Of a stretch of 64,000 nt of DNA, positions 63,298 through 64,000 are shown one piece after another (within the stretch, counting starts at the first letter, position 1; each line of letters opens with the position of its first letter). This stretch comes from Octopus sinensis. Taxonomy: Eukaryota. The position numbers and the translations under genes are program-made. The notes beneath the pieces are model-generated. The model was not told the origin of the DNA. It saw nothing but the letters and a program-made list of their open reading frames with translations, and made no database searches. The stretch is from assembly GCF_006345805.1 (NCBI RefSeq), contig NC_042998.1, forward strand, positions 27,900,001 to 27,964,000, in the 5' to 3' direction.

Positions 63298-64000
63298 TAC
63301 TTCAATACTTTGTTGTTCATAATTCCATTCAGTAAAATTACAACCTTAGACTGCTTTATCTAAAGTGTACTTCCTAATTTAAGACAATATTTAAGACATT
63401 ATTACAGATATTAATGTACCTTATGGAAGCTGCTATAGAGATACCCATTAGTTGACCAGTATTTTTGCCATTAATTCACATATGTCATAAATTTGTTTCG
63501 TCTGTAACACCAATCGCCATTTTAAACTGAACGGATTGTACTTCAATTTATCTTTAAGGAGTAAAATGTAAGCATTTGACGCTAATTACCTTATGGTTTA
63601 TAAAAGTTTTGCTCGTAGACAATGTGACTTAATATACACATATAGAGTTGTATAATACATACCTACACGCATACACACACAGATATATATGTATATATTT
63701 GAGGGTGTGTTTACGTAATGTTAATTAGTTAAGAAAAATGAAACATTGAGAGTTAGTATCAGCATATCTCAGATTATTACGCCCATGTATTGTTACATGT
63801 TAATTTTAATAAGTGCTTACATTATTCAATATCCACGTGGAAATACTTTCTCATTAAAATCTCTGCTTAAACTGACTATTGTTTCTGAGTGTCATTTTAC
63901 GCCTTTCTGCACATAAGTCCTTCATTCAATATTTTAGTTACTCTCGGAAGTATTAAGATTAGATACTCTTTCAGTGGGGTGGCACAGAGTCAAGGGGCAA

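Overview
AT-rich, repeat-dense eukaryotic intergenic or intronic DNA. The SINE families and heavy (TA)n/(CA)n/(GATA)n load resemble an Octopus genome; this is recognition only and is unverified. I see no intact host gene, and nearly all ORF-track entries are microsatellite or SINE noise. The main feature is a ~13.5-kb tandem array of a ~551-bp unit (24 full units plus a partial one, 22038-35557). Its minus strand encodes a type I hammerhead ribozyme (HHR) in each unit, with a palindromic stem III (ACGTACGT) and a GUA cleavage triplet. The array is capped by an inverted partial unit and bounded by (TA)n on both sides. At least four other HHR-bearing elements with unrelated bodies (13.8, 36.1, 36.9 and 39.2 kb) show the same head-to-head, 3'-ends-outward fold-back layout, and further minimal or degenerate HHRs lie at 48.5, 5.5 and 19.0 kb. 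Together they suggest a diverse set of non-autonomous retrozyme- or Penelope-like elements that favour (TA)n. Also present: four tRNA-related SINE families, three non-autonomous Helitrons, two deleted mariners, a pogo-like MITE, a TTAA MITE carrying TTAGGG repeats, RTE and Dong/R4 LINE fragments, and one candidate 78-nt exon with a possible processed copy.
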